Notes: generated from the sequence alone by a model not told the origin. Positions 43,861-54,773 are shown, counted from the first letter of the whole stretch. The stretch is DNA of 63,370 nt, filler included, from a bacterium (GCA_027063545.1; 15 parts of 15 records of this genome joined end to end with filler, not necessarily neighbours in it), one strand, 5' to 3'. Translations and numbers: made by a program.

Positions 43861-45050
43861 GGCGGAATAATAAACCAATGAAATGTTACCTGAGCACTAG
43901 CACCCAGTTTTGGAGGAACATGAGCATTTACTAAATAAATATTATTATTATCTTTTATATAATAGAGCCCATGATTTAAGTTATCTTTATATGTTTTCTC
44001 TGCAGCAGGATCATCATCATTTAAAACATATCTATCCTTTACTATTTCAGGAGAAGAAAAAGTTTTCATTATAGACATAATAATAGATGCATGAGGAGAT
44101 CTAACAAGTAATCCAAATTTTCCATTTAACTCGTCTTTAAAAAGATCATGATGATTAATTACATTAGACCACTCCATTGCTCCACTTAAAGAACCAAAAA
44201 AACCAAAACTAGGATGAGGACAATATTCAACCCCAAATTTTCCAAATATTTTATTGTCAGTATAAGATTTTGAATCCATAGAGGATCCTGTATTAGCCAC
44301 TCCAAGACCACCAACATTAAAGTGAAATCTTAGAAGTAAATCAGGGTTAACAGCTCCAACATCAAATGTAAGAGCAAGTAATGCTTTTAAAGCCCAAAGT
44401 CTCGAATGATTTGCTGTATATGTTCCAAATATAGCATTTTTATACCCAGGAAACTCTGGACCATCCATAGTAGCTTTCCAGTGGAATTGGGGATCTCTTA
44501 AAATATATCCTGTTTTTAAACCTGTAGCTGTTTTATTTGTAGGAACATAACCTGTAAAAACAAAAGCAAGATTTACTATTTGATTAGTAGGAACAGCTAA
44601 TTTTGTATTTATAAAGAAATCTCCAGTTCCTTTTTTCTCTAAATCTTGATTATTTACATCATAAACTTGATCCCAATAAGAGTAAACTCCTAAAGCAACG
44701 CTCCAATAATTAAAAAGTCCATAAGAGAAAAATACTGGAGCAAAAATTCCTAAAGTAGAATTTATTCTACTAGAAGCTGATGTTAACCCTGCTGCAACAT
44801 AGTCATCCCATGTAATATCAGCAGGATTATCTGTTCTTGTATAAGGAACTATTCCAATTTTATCCCAAGTGATTAATGGAGATACACCTATTGCCATTCT
44901 ACCTCTTTTCATTGTTTTAGCATCATAAAGATCTAAAATACCCCTTAAACCTTCATTATTAAATGAGATATCAGTGTATATATCAATATATCCCAAAATG
45001 TTGGATAAATAAACAAATACTAATAAAACACTATAAAAAATTCGTTTCAT
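43271..45050 (-). CDS. Outer-membrane protein with TSP3 repeats (OmpA-like architecture); 3' truncated
   Basis: Signal peptide, beta-barrel-like N-terminal region, then repeated CPxxPEDxDGFQDxDGCPDxDNDxDGIxD. Confidence 0.75.
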
Positions 45051-45073
45051 AAAAACCTCCTTATTTATCTATT

Positions 45074-45745
45074 TTATAAACTATTTTTTACCTTTTTTAT
45101 ACTTGATATAGCCTTTCTTGCAGCATATATATGTTTTGGTAGATAAGAATCATCTTCATCATAAAAAATTATTTTGAAAATTTTAGCAGCATATACTCCT
45201 TTTTTAAGGGCAGCAATAATCTCCTGTTTATGGTCACCAATTGACGATTTAAAAGTTTTATTTTTATACTTTTTTAATAACTTTTTCATTGTTAAATAAT
45301 ATGAATAAGAACGATTTTGATATTTTTCGTATAAGTAATCATCTTCCAATATTTCATCATATTTATCTTCAGAGACAGCAGCAATAGCAGATAAAATTGA
45401 TATCGCTTTGTTTAGATCCTTTACAACTTGAACTTTTTCTTGGTTATAAATCTTTTGATCCTCTTCTGACTGTTTTGTTTTCATAACCTTCATTTCTAAT
45501 TTCTTTTTCTCTTCCAATAGCTTTTGTTTCTCTAATTGTTCCTGTTGTATCTTTTTTTCAGAAATAGCAACGTAAATTTTTGTTATACCAGTAATAGTTG
45601 TAAATATTAATAATAAGGTTGCAAGAAAATAACTAATAACATTTTTAGCAATACCACGAGCAGTGTTTATAGTTATTAAAAAAGCTAAAATAGTTATATA
45701 TACCATTAGAATTATTATCAAAGTATCTGTAGAGAAATTAAACAT
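45074..45745 (-). CDS. Hypothetical membrane protein with coiled coil
   Basis: Two N-terminal TM helices then a Q/E/K-rich helix; co-oriented in operon. Confidence 0.6.
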   Translation of the reverse strand: MFNFSTDTLIIILMVYITILAFLITINTARGIAKNVISYFLATLLLIFTTITGITKIYVAISEKKIQQEQLEKQKLLEEKKKLEMKVMKTKQSEEDQKIYNQEKVQVVKDLNKAISILSAIAAVSEDKYDEILEDDYLYEKYQNRSYSYYLTMKKLLKKYKNKTFKSSIGDHKQEIIAALKKGVYAAKIFKIIFYDEDDSYLPKHIYAARKAISSIKKVKNSL

Positions 45746-45749
45746 ATTT

Positions 45750-46814
45750 TTACTCCTTGTTTTGAATCTTCGTTATTTTTAATTTTTTAATTCGGGTCGG
45801 TGAAGATTCCAGTATTGTTATTAAATAGTTATCTATTTTAAACTTTTCATTTTCTTTTGGTATATAGCCTATTTTATTGGTAATATATCCATTTATTGTA
45901 CTAAATTGTTCATTTCCTATCTTTATTCCATATACATTTTCTAAGTCTACTACTGAATACAATCCGTCAACAACTACCTCATCAATCTCTTTGATATCCT
46001 TTTTTTTCTCTATATTTTCAGAAAAATATTTTAAAAGATCATCAACCTGCAAGTATCCTATTTCATTTCCGTATTCATCAACGATTACAGCATACTTAGT
46101 ATCAGTCAAAATTAACCTTTTAAAAATAAAATAAATAGAAGAAAAAGAATTTACAAGTATAAATTTATCTTTTTCTTTAATTTTGTTTAAAGTATTTTTT
46201 TCTGTTTTCATAATAAACTTTACAGGCACATTAGATAATTTTATAATAGATAACAGAATTTTTTCTTCAATACTAGAAAACTTACTGGAGTAGTAGATTT
46301 TATTAATAAATTTTTTAAGATCTTCCTTATTAATTTCAATATCTGATGTTAATCTTTTTATATGGAAAAAGAATGTATCAATAAACTTAAAAATATTCAC
46401 AATAGGCGATAAAATTTTGAATAAAAAAATTAATAAATTTCCTAATCTTATAAAGAAAATAGGATAATTTACACCAATACTTTTTGGTATAATTTCTCCA
46501 AAAATAAGTAATGAAAAAGTAGTAAATAAAAAGGAAACAAAAGAGCTATATTCTATATTTAAACTTTTTATAAAACTTTCTGAAAAACTAGAAAAACCAA
46601 CGTTTACACTCATATTTCCTATAAGAATGAAGATTAAAAATTTATATTGTCTAGAAATAAAGAAATTGTAAATATTAAAATATTTTTTGTTTTCTTTTAT
46701 TAAAGAATATTGATAGTCTGAAATAGAAAAAAAGGCTGTTTCTGTCCCTGATAGGAGCCCAGAAAGACTTAGAAAAAAAATAGAAAGAGCTATATTAAAA
46801 AGGAAGGTCGTCAT
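45750..46814 (-). CDS. CNNM/CorC (hemolysin-family) transporter-associated protein with reduced CBS region
   Basis: SGTETAFFS, ILIGN, FGEIIPK, VIVDEYG, TINGYITNKIGYIP. Confidence 0.85.
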   Translation of the reverse strand: MTTFLFNIALSIFFLSLSGLLSGTETAFFSISDYQYSLIKENKKYFNIYNFFISRQYKFLIFILIGNMSVNVGFSSFSESFIKSLNIEYSSFVSFLFTTFSLLIFGEIIPKSIGVNYPIFFIRLGNLLIFLFKILSPIVNIFKFIDTFFFHIKRLTSDIEINKEDLKKFINKIYYSSKFSSIEEKILLSIIKLSNVPVKFIMKTEKNTLNKIKEKDKFILVNSFSSIYFIFKRLILTDTKYAVIVDEYGNEIGYLQVDDLLKYFSENIEKKKDIKEIDEVVVDGLYSVVDLENVYGIKIGNEQFSTINGYITNKIGYIPKENEKFKIDNYLITILESSPTRIKKLKITKIQNKE

Positions 46815-47271
46815 CAGTAATTGCTTCTTCAGGGTTTATTTCAAAAGAAGACAACTCTTCTTTTACAATCTCTTCATTTATAGGTTCCTCTATAGGTGTA
46901 GGTTCTATATTATTACTTTTTATTTCTTCAACAGAAGGTCTTTCGTCTTTTCTAGAAAGCATTTTCATATTATTCCCTATTATCTCAGTAATATATCTTG
47001 TTTGGCCTGTAGAATCTTCATATTTTCTATATTTTATTCTTCCTTCAATTAAGAGCAACATTCCCTTTTTTACGTATTTATCAGCAACCTCTGCATTTTT
47101 TCCAAATAATACAATATTATGCCATTGGGTTGGTCGTTGACCTGTTTCATCAGGTGGCTCATCTGATGTAGCAAGAGGAAAAGCTGCTATAGGTATCCCA
47201 CTTTTTGATATCCTAACTTCTGGATCTTTTCCAACGCGTCCAATTAAAATAACTTTATTTAAAGAAGACAT
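46795..47271 (-). CDS. ssb: Single-stranded DNA-binding protein
   Basis: LNKVILIGRVGKDPE, TQWHNIV, acidic tail DDDLPF. Confidence 0.96.
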   Translation of the reverse strand: MSSLNKVILIGRVGKDPEVRISKSGIPIAAFPLATSDEPPDETGQRPTQWHNIVLFGKNAEVADKYVKKGMLLLIEGRIKYRKYEDSTGQTRYITEIIGNNMKMLSRKDERPSVEEIKSNNIEPTPIEEPINEEIVKEELSSFEINPEEAITDDDLPF

Positions 47272-47337
47272 TTTTTTCTCTCCTTAATTTTTTATTTTTT
47301 AATATATATATTAAAATAAATTTTTAATAGCATAGAT

Positions 47338-48396
47338 ATGAAAAAAAATATTCTTAATTTCTCAAAAAAAGAATTGGAGGAGTTTTTTAAATCTATTGGA
47401 GAACCTAAATTTAGAGTAACACAAGTACTTGATTGGATTTATAAAAAAAAAGTTTTAGATTTTTCTTCTTTCTCTAATCTTTCAAAAAGATTAAGAGAGA
47501 AATTGGAAGAGAATTTTGTAATAAAAACCCTTTCAATTGAGGAAATTCATGAAAGTAAAGATGGAAGTATAAAAATTGCTTTTAAGACCTTTGATGATAA
47601 ATATATTGAATCGGTAATTATTCCATCAAAAGATAGAGTAACTTTATGTATATCAACTCAAATAGGATGTAATATTGGATGTGCTTTTTGTAATACAGCA
47701 AGGTTGGGGCTTATAAGAAATCTTTATACCTCAGAAATTTTAGAGCAATATCTACTTAGTGAATCAATAATAAATAAAAAAATAACCAACATTGTATATA
47801 TGGGAATGGGAGAGCCTCTTGTAAATTTTGATAATTTTCTTAATAGTTTAGAGAGATTTATTTCAGAAGAGTATTTTAATTTTGGAAAGAGAAAGATTGT
47901 TGTAAGCACAATTGGAATACCTGAAAAGATAAGAAGATTAGCAGATTTTGAGTATGCTCCAAAGATCTCTCTTAGCCTTCATTTTTCTACAGATGAAGAG
48001 AGAAAAAAATATATTCCTGTTAGTTATAAAATAGATGAACTTGTGGAAAGCCTTTATTATTATTATAAGATGACAAATCTTCCTATAACATATGAATATC
48101 TCCTTTTAAATGGAATTAATACCTCCCAGCAGCATATGGAAAAACTATATCAAATAGTTTCTTTAATTCCAAAATCAAAAATAAATTTAATCCCTTTTAA
48201 TGAATTTGAAGGCTCTTCTTTTTCTACACCAGATGTAGAAGAGATTGAACGTTTTAAAGAGTTTTTTAAAGAGAGAGGAATATTTACCTCTGTAAGAACC
48301 TCTTATGGTAGGGATATAAGTGCTGCATGTGGGAATCTTGGTTTTTCTCTTCTTAAAAGAGATTTAGTTAAGAGAGATTTAAAAAGAAAATCTTAG
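47338..48396 (+). CDS. rlmN: 23S rRNA m2A2503 methyltransferase
   Basis: CISTQIGCNIGCAFC, MGMGEP, INLIPFN, DISAACG. Confidence 0.96.
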   Translation: MKKNILNFSKKELEEFFKSIGEPKFRVTQVLDWIYKKKVLDFSSFSNLSKRLREKLEENFVIKTLSIEEIHESKDGSIKIAFKTFDDKYIESVIIPSKDRVTLCISTQIGCNIGCAFCNTARLGLIRNLYTSEILEQYLLSESIINKKITNIVYMGMGEPLVNFDNFLNSLERFISEEYFNFGKRKIVVSTIGIPEKIRRLADFEYAPKISLSLHFSTDEERKKYIPVSYKIDELVESLYYYYKMTNLPITYEYLLLNGINTSQQHMEKLYQIVSLIPKSKINLIPFNEFEGSSFSTPDVEEIERFKEFFKERGIFTSVRTSYGRDISAACGNLGFSLLKRDLVKRDLKRKS

Positions 48397-50615
48397 AATA
48401 TTATTAGTTTTAAAGTTTTTTTTTGGTTTTTATTATAGATATCCCAAACAGAGATTTTTACTATATATATACCTTTACCCACTTTTTTTCCATTAAAATA
48501 AGGATCTATTTTTATATTACTATATCCAATAAAATCTCCATAGATAGATTTCTTTATTAGTCTTTTTCCTTTTGAATTATAAATAGAAACATCAATCCTT
48601 TTTGTAGGTTTTATAAAGTAAGCACCGAATATAATAGCACTATTTGAAGAAGTTCTATATGGATTTGGGTATATAAATGAGTCTTTTAGTATAATAGATG
48701 AATTCTCGTCAATAACCTTAAAATTAAATTCTTCCTCTTTCATGCTAGAGTTTTTATAAAGAATAGTTCTTAAAGTATTATAAAATGAGGTTATATTAGA
48801 AAGAGAAATATAAAAAGATGTATCATTCTCTAATTTTTTAGAATTTTTAACTAGGGAAATAGAGTTTAAATAAATCTTTAAAGAATCAATATAGGTGCTT
48901 AAACTAATTCTTATTATAATCTCTCCATTTTTTTCAGTAATATCGCCCTCTTTTAATTTAATAATCTTTTCTGTTTTGTCTTTATAGTAATAACTAAGTT
49001 TATAATCAAATACCTCATTAACCTTTAACGAATTACCTGAAAGAGTAGTGTATGAACTGTTATAGTATATAAAATCCTGATAAATATCTTTATTATATGC
49101 ATAGAGAACCTCTTTTAAAGGGGTATAAGAAGAATCCACAAAAGGAAGATAAAATGATACAGAATATATGTTTGATGTTGTTATGGAAGAATCAACAACT
49201 ATAGGAGATAGAGCTTTTGTTATAGTTATGGTATCCTCGCCTGTTAATGTTCGTTTTGTATATGTAATAGAAGAATCTTTTGGATAAACAAAAAAATTAA
49301 CAGACCAATTTGTTAAATAGTCTAAACTATAGTCCTTTTTATTTACACTCTCAATGTCTAATGTATCAGGAGAGAGTTTTCTTATTATAGGGGAGACTAT
49401 AATCATTGCCGGATCACCAAAAAGTTCATAGCTGGAAGAGTTAAGATAATAACCAGTATAGTTATAGGCTGTTTTTGCATAATAAAAAGTTTCTCCTATA
49501 GTTTTTTTTGAAGGAAGATCATATATTTTTTCCAAAAGCGCACCTCCAAATTCATTATTCTCTATAGCATAAACCTCCATTATTGATCCAATCCCTGCAA
49601 CTGCTCCATATTCCGGTGTTATAAATATCCTTTCAACCACCCCTTTTTCATTGTATAGGTCAAATTTAGATGCATAGCATCCCAAAACTACGAAAATAGT
49701 TAAATCTTTATTTACCAAACTAGGAGTGCTCCATGATTTAAATACCCTCTCTATTGCTAAAACACCCCAATGGGAATGGCCAGAGAATAAAGTTATAAAA
49801 ACACCTTTGTTTATATAATCAATAAAATCTGCTTCAGCAAGTGGTTTATAACTTTCATCATCTTTAGGATAGAGTTGTAAATAGACATTTTCTTTTTCAA
49901 TTCCCTCTGGAATATATGGTAAGACATATTTTTCTACCAGTCTTTCATGATTGTAAGGATCTATTACTTCAGGTGATATCTCATCATCATCTACCGATAT
50001 TAATATTTTTCTTTTATAATCACCGAAGGGATTTCCCTCATACCTTTTTATTTTGTAAAAAGCACCCCATGCCTCATCTATATTATCTGCAGGAATTCTT
50101 CCTACATACGCAAAAGTAGGATATATATTTGAAACCCCATATTGATATGAAACATAAAAATCATCACTTGCTCTTATAGAATCTACTGTTGATATTAAAT
50201 TTTTATCATATATCATAGGAATAAAGTTAGGATGTTCTAGGGTGTCATACTCACTATATCCATCTCCCAAAAGAACTACATATTGAAGCTTCCCTTGAGA
50301 GAGTTCCTTAATTCTTCTTATACCCTCTCTTATACTAAAAGCCTTAGGAAGATAGGATGTTTTAAAGGAATCGAGATATAATAAATATAAAGTTTGGGTC
50401 GTTACAAATCTCGGAGAATAAACAAAATCTTTTTTTAGGGTATCTCTATATAAACAAAAACTATAAGCCACATCTTTAAATAACGAATCAGTAACAATAA
50501 GATAATCTACATCTATAGAATCAGATAAAAACTCCTCTTGAGTAATTTCATAATTTTGAGCAAAAGCCCAACCTATCCTTAAAATAAATAAGCCTAAAAG
50601 AAGATAAATTCTCAT
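48393..50615 (-). CDS. Peptidase C25 (gingipain/PorU-like) with T9SS-type C-terminal domain
   Basis: YVVLLGD, SDDFY, VGRIP, FSGHS, LGCY, LFGDPA; tail YPNP...IYNSKGK...GIYIVKI...KLII. Confidence 0.85.
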   Translation of the reverse strand: MRIYLLLGLFILRIGWAFAQNYEITQEEFLSDSIDVDYLIVTDSLFKDVAYSFCLYRDTLKKDFVYSPRFVTTQTLYLLYLDSFKTSYLPKAFSIREGIRRIKELSQGKLQYVVLLGDGYSEYDTLEHPNFIPMIYDKNLISTVDSIRASDDFYVSYQYGVSNIYPTFAYVGRIPADNIDEAWGAFYKIKRYEGNPFGDYKRKILISVDDDEISPEVIDPYNHERLVEKYVLPYIPEGIEKENVYLQLYPKDDESYKPLAEADFIDYINKGVFITLFSGHSHWGVLAIERVFKSWSTPSLVNKDLTIFVVLGCYASKFDLYNEKGVVERIFITPEYGAVAGIGSIMEVYAIENNEFGGALLEKIYDLPSKKTIGETFYYAKTAYNYTGYYLNSSSYELFGDPAMIIVSPIIRKLSPDTLDIESVNKKDYSLDYLTNWSVNFFVYPKDSSITYTKRTLTGEDTITITKALSPIVVDSSITTSNIYSVSFYLPFVDSSYTPLKEVLYAYNKDIYQDFIYYNSSYTTLSGNSLKVNEVFDYKLSYYYKDKTEKIIKLKEGDITEKNGEIIIRISLSTYIDSLKIYLNSISLVKNSKKLENDTSFYISLSNITSFYNTLRTILYKNSSMKEEEFNFKVIDENSSIILKDSFIYPNPYRTSSNSAIIFGAYFIKPTKRIDVSIYNSKGKRLIKKSIYGDFIGYSNIKIDPYFNGKKVGKGIYIVKISVWDIYNKNQKKTLKLIIF

Positions 50616-50637
50616 ATTATTTAATATAAAAAAAGAA

Positions 50638-50658
50638 AAGCCCCTGAAAAAGGGGCTT
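50638..50658 (-). terminator. Intrinsic terminator after mrp
   Basis: AAGCCCCT/AGGGGCTT stem with a T-run on the minus strand. Confidence 0.8.
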
Positions 50659-50667
50659 AACTACTTT

Positions 50668-51531
50668 TTATATTTCTTTTTTTGCTTTTAGTTTTTCTAC
50701 AATTTTATCACCAATAGAAACAAAAGCACTTGCTGCTAAAGAATCACTATAAGCCTCTATATAAGAAATACCTTTATCAGTTGCTTCTATAACTTTAGGA
50801 TCAAGAGGAACATATCCTAAAATATCTATATGAAAATCCTCTGCAGCCCTTTCTACATTTCCTCTTGGAAAGATCTCTATCTCTTTTTCACAATGAGGAC
50901 AGATTAAATAACTCATATTTTCAATAATACCTAAAACATCAACATTTACCCTTTTGGCAAATGTAATTGCTTTTCTTGCATCTAAAAGAGAAACTTCTTG
51001 AGGGGTTGTTACAATTATAGCACCATCAATTTTATTTGGCATCTGTTGAACAATTGTTAAAGGCGCATCACCTGTTCCTGGAGGATTATCAACAACCATA
51101 AAGTCAATCTCAGGCCAAACAAAATCATCAAAGAACTGTTTAATAACACCTGTTATCATTGGTCCTCTCCAAATTAACGCCTCGTCAGGATTTGGTAGGA
51201 TGGAAGCAATAGATAGTACCCAAAGATTTTCTTTTACCTGAATTGGCATAGGTTTTCCATCTTCTGTAAATGGTAGTTTTTTCCCTTCAATACCTGTCAT
51301 TCTGGCAATTGAGGGTCCATGGACATCTAAATCTAAAATAGCAGTTTTATATCCCTTTGAAGCTAAATAGTAAGCAAGATTAACACTTACAGTTGATTTT
51401 CCAACACCACCTTTTCCACTTAACACCAAAATAGTATTCTTTATTTTCTCAATATTTTTTTGTTTATTTTGTTCTTTTGCAAAGTTTTCAAAAGCATTTT
51501 TATTAAAATGATCTTTTCCTCCAGGTTGCAT
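50668..51531 (-). CDS. mrp: Mrp/ApbC/NBP35 Fe-S carrier ATPase
   Basis: SGKGGVGKST, DLDVHGPS, IWRGP, PPGTGD, VTTPQ, ENMS..CPHC. Confidence 0.93.
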   Translation of the reverse strand: MQPGGKDHFNKNAFENFAKEQNKQKNIEKIKNTILVLSGKGGVGKSTVSVNLAYYLASKGYKTAILDLDVHGPSIARMTGIEGKKLPFTEDGKPMPIQVKENLWVLSIASILPNPDEALIWRGPMITGVIKQFFDDFVWPEIDFMVVDNPPGTGDAPLTIVQQMPNKIDGAIIVTTPQEVSLLDARKAITFAKRVNVDVLGIIENMSYLICPHCEKEIEIFPRGNVERAAEDFHIDILGYVPLDPKVIEATDKGISYIEAYSDSLAASAFVSIGDKIVEKLKAKKEI

Positions 51532-51624
51532 ATCTTCCTCCTAATTTTGTTAAAATTTAGTATTGTTAGTTATAATTAAAAATATAAATAAAAAATCAAA
51601 AAATTCAAAATAAAATATCACAAA

Positions 51625-53661
51625 TCACATAATATTAACAATAAAAATACCTATTTGGTAGAATAATGTGGCAACGGTCCATCCAAGGAGTATTGTATAT
51701 ACAGTTGTAAATATTGCCCATTTCCAGCCTATTTCATTTTTTATAGCAGCAATTGTTGCTACACATGGTATATACAAAAGGCTCATAAGCATGAAGGCAT
51801 AACCAGATAAAGGATTAAAGTTGTTTGATATTATATTAACAAGGGAGTCCTCTCCTGCATTATATAAAATCCCAAGAGTTCCAACAACAAGTTCCTTTGC
51901 CATGGTTCCAAAAAGAAGAGCAACAGCATTTTGCCAAGAAGCAAAACCAGAAGGCACTAAAACAGGAGCTATAAATTGGCCAATTTTTCCTAAAATACTA
52001 TCCTTAGATAGATATTCAACGCCCCAAGGAAGGGAAGCCAAAGCCCATATTAATATAGACGCAAATAAAATTATTGTTCCTGCTTTTTTAATAAAAAGTT
52101 TTGTTTTAAGCCAAGAATAAAATATTAATCCTTTAAATTGTGGCATATGATAAGGAGGCATTTCCATAATTAAAGGCGAGTATTCTTTTTTGAAGAAGAT
52201 ATTTTTAAATATTCTTGCAACAACAAAGGCTAAAATTATTCCTATTAAGTATAATGATAATAGGATTAAAGATTTATTTTTTTTAAATAAAGCATTTATA
52301 AAAAGAAGATAAATAGGAAGACGGGCAGAGCAAGACATAAGAGGTATTGTTATAATTGTCAATATTCTATCCTTAGGATTTGAAAGGGTTCTTGTAGCTG
52401 TTATTGCCGGGACATTACAACCAAATCCAAGAATAAATGGTATAAAAGATTTTCCATGAAGCCCCATCTTATGCATAATTTTATCCATTAAAAATGCTGC
52501 TCTTGCCATATATCCAGAGTCTTCAAGTATTCCCATTAAGAAATAAAGAATAAAAATACTAGGGAAAAATACTAAAATAGAACCAACTCCTCCTATTATT
52601 CCGTCAACCAAAAGAGATATTAACCAATCAGGAAAATGGTGATTCTCTCCTACTTTTGTAACAATATTTGATAATATTCCAAAGAAACTATCTATAATAC
52701 CAGATAACGGCTCGCTTAATGTGAAAACAATCTGAAATATTATATATAAAATTAATATTAATATAGGAAAACCAAGATATTTATTTGTTAGAATATTGTC
52801 TATTTTGTTTGTTAATGATAGTTTTTCCTCTATATCCACCTTTTTTGTAATAACCTCATTAAGAAGTCCTTTTATATATCCATATCTGTTTTCTATAACA
52901 AGATCCTCTAAAGTAATCCCATGCTTATCAATAAAATCCCTCTCTATTTCGTCTTTTTTATATAAAACTTTTTTGCCGTTTTCATCATTTATTAGTTTAT
53001 TTACAAGAAATTCATCATTCTCAAATATCCTTAATATTAGCCATCTTTTATTTAATGTTTTAAAGCCTATTTTTTCTAAAAGAGAATCATCTATTAAATC
53101 AAAAAGTTTGTTTATTTCATCCTCTAATGTAGATGAATATAATATAGGCTTTCTTCCTTTTGGAGATTTGTAAAACTCAACAATCCTCTTTTTTAATTCT
53201 TCAATCCCAACCGATTTATTCCCAATAGTCTCGACCACAGGAATATTAAGTAGTTTTTCTAAAAGTTTTGTATCTATTTTTATCCCCTGAGATTCAACAA
53301 GATCCATCATATTTAATACCAAAATTACAGGAAGATTTAGTTCTAAAAGCTGAAGGGTAAGATAGAGATTTCTATTTAAATTAGAGGCATCAACAATATT
53401 AACTAAAATATCATAACCACCCTCTAAAATTACATCTCTTGATATCTTTTCATCAATAGAAAAAGCATTTAAAGAATAAATACCGGGAAGATCAATCACA
53501 TTAACTCTAAATCCATCAAAACTAAACTCACCTTCCTTTTTTTCAACAGTTACACCCGGCCAATTACCAACCTTTTGAGTATCCCCTGTTAATCCATTAA
53601 AAATTGACGTTTTCCCACAATTTGGGTTTCCCGCTAAAACTATATTTATAACATTTTTCAT
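51625..53661 (-). CDS. feoB: Ferrous iron transporter B
   Basis: GNPNCGKT, VGNWPGVTVE, DLPGIY, LEDSGYMAR, GFGCNVPA, MSCSARL, YIPCVAT. Confidence 0.97.
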   Translation of the reverse strand: MKNVINIVLAGNPNCGKTSIFNGLTGDTQKVGNWPGVTVEKKEGEFSFDGFRVNVIDLPGIYSLNAFSIDEKISRDVILEGGYDILVNIVDASNLNRNLYLTLQLLELNLPVILVLNMMDLVESQGIKIDTKLLEKLLNIPVVETIGNKSVGIEELKKRIVEFYKSPKGRKPILYSSTLEDEINKLFDLIDDSLLEKIGFKTLNKRWLILRIFENDEFLVNKLINDENGKKVLYKKDEIERDFIDKHGITLEDLVIENRYGYIKGLLNEVITKKVDIEEKLSLTNKIDNILTNKYLGFPILILILYIIFQIVFTLSEPLSGIIDSFFGILSNIVTKVGENHHFPDWLISLLVDGIIGGVGSILVFFPSIFILYFLMGILEDSGYMARAAFLMDKIMHKMGLHGKSFIPFILGFGCNVPAITATRTLSNPKDRILTIITIPLMSCSARLPIYLLFINALFKKNKSLILLSLYLIGIILAFVVARIFKNIFFKKEYSPLIMEMPPYHMPQFKGLIFYSWLKTKLFIKKAGTIILFASILIWALASLPWGVEYLSKDSILGKIGQFIAPVLVPSGFASWQNAVALLFGTMAKELVVGTLGILYNAGEDSLVNIISNNFNPLSGYAFMLMSLLYIPCVATIAAIKNEIGWKWAIFTTVYTILLGWTVATLFYQIGIFIVNIM

Positions 53662-53720
53662 CTTCTACCTCCTTTTTTTATTTTATTACTAAATATATAA
53701 TTTTTGTTATCAAAAATCAC

Positions 53721-53752
53721 ATATTAAATTTAGATATATCTAACTTTAATAT
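53721..53752. promoter_or_regulatory. Palindromic operator upstream of feoB (DtxR/MntR-like)
   Basis: ATATTAAA-T-TTAGATATATCTAA-C-TTTAATAT, a 32-bp inverted repeat with one mismatched pair. Confidence 0.65.
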
Positions 53753-53832
53753 AAAAAATTTCACAGAACAAAACAAAAACTTTATACAATAATATTTTAT
53801 TTGGAGAGAGATTTTTTTATATATTTTTTGAT

Positions 53833-54079
53833 ATGGAGAAAATGTTTAAAGGTTTTTATAGAGTAATAGATGCTAATATAAATAGATTTAAAGAAGGTAT
53901 AAGAGTTGTAGAGGATGTTCTAAGATATATATTTGAAGATGAAGCAGTATATAAACATTTAAAAAAATTACGCCATGATATAGATGAGATAATAAATAAA
54001 GCAGGAATAGATGATATACAAAGATTAAAAGAAAGGGATTCTATTAATGATATAGAAAGGAAAAACTATAATAAGAGTG
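53833..54079 (+). CDS. Thiamine-phosphate synthase N-terminal (ThiD2-like) domain; 3' truncated
   Basis: RVIDANINRFKEGIRVVEDVLRY...KKLRH...RDS.ND. Confidence 0.8.
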
Positions 54080-54179
54080 NNNNNNNNNNNNNNNNNNNNN
54101 NNNNNNNNNNNNNNNNNNNNNNNTTAATTAATTAANNNNNNNNNNNNNNNNNNNNNNNNNNNNNNNNNNNNNNNNNNNN

Positions 54180-54764
54180 TAAAGGCTTTAAATATGGATC
54201 TACCTTTTCATACAAATCCCCTGGTAAGAATCCTAAAGATTCTCCAGCTTCTACTGCCGGCCTAACTAAAACTATCTTCTCAACCTTTCGAATTTTTAAT
54301 AAATATACAGCTACAGCAACTGCTAAATATGTCTTTCCTGTACCTGCAGGACCTATTCCGAATACAATATCATTATTTAAAATTGTCTTTATATAACTTT
54401 TCTGTTTTGAATTTTTAGGTATAATCCTTTTATTGCCAAAGGTGAAAATATAAGAAGTATTATCTTCTGTGGATAAATCAGAACTATCTGAGTCTTTATA
54501 ACCTATTTTATAATTATATAACTCTTCTAAATCTTCTAATTTTATTGTTTCGCCTTTTTTATATAATGAGACTATTTCTCTAATAAAATCAGTAGCCTCC
54601 TCTAATTTTTCTTTATCCCTAGACTTAATTTTTAATCCATGAGGTAATATATAGAAATCACACTCAGGAAAATTCTCTTCTAAAAAAATTAAATTTCTAT
54701 CCTGATTACTTAAAAATATATTTTCTAGATCTTTATAATCTATAAAAACAATCTTACTATTCAT
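54180..54764 (-). CDS. phoH: PhoH-family ATPase; 3' truncated
   Basis: GIGPAGTGKTYLAVA, RPAVEAGESLGFLPGDL.EKVDPYL. Confidence 0.93.
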
Positions 54765-54773
54765 AAATTAAGT

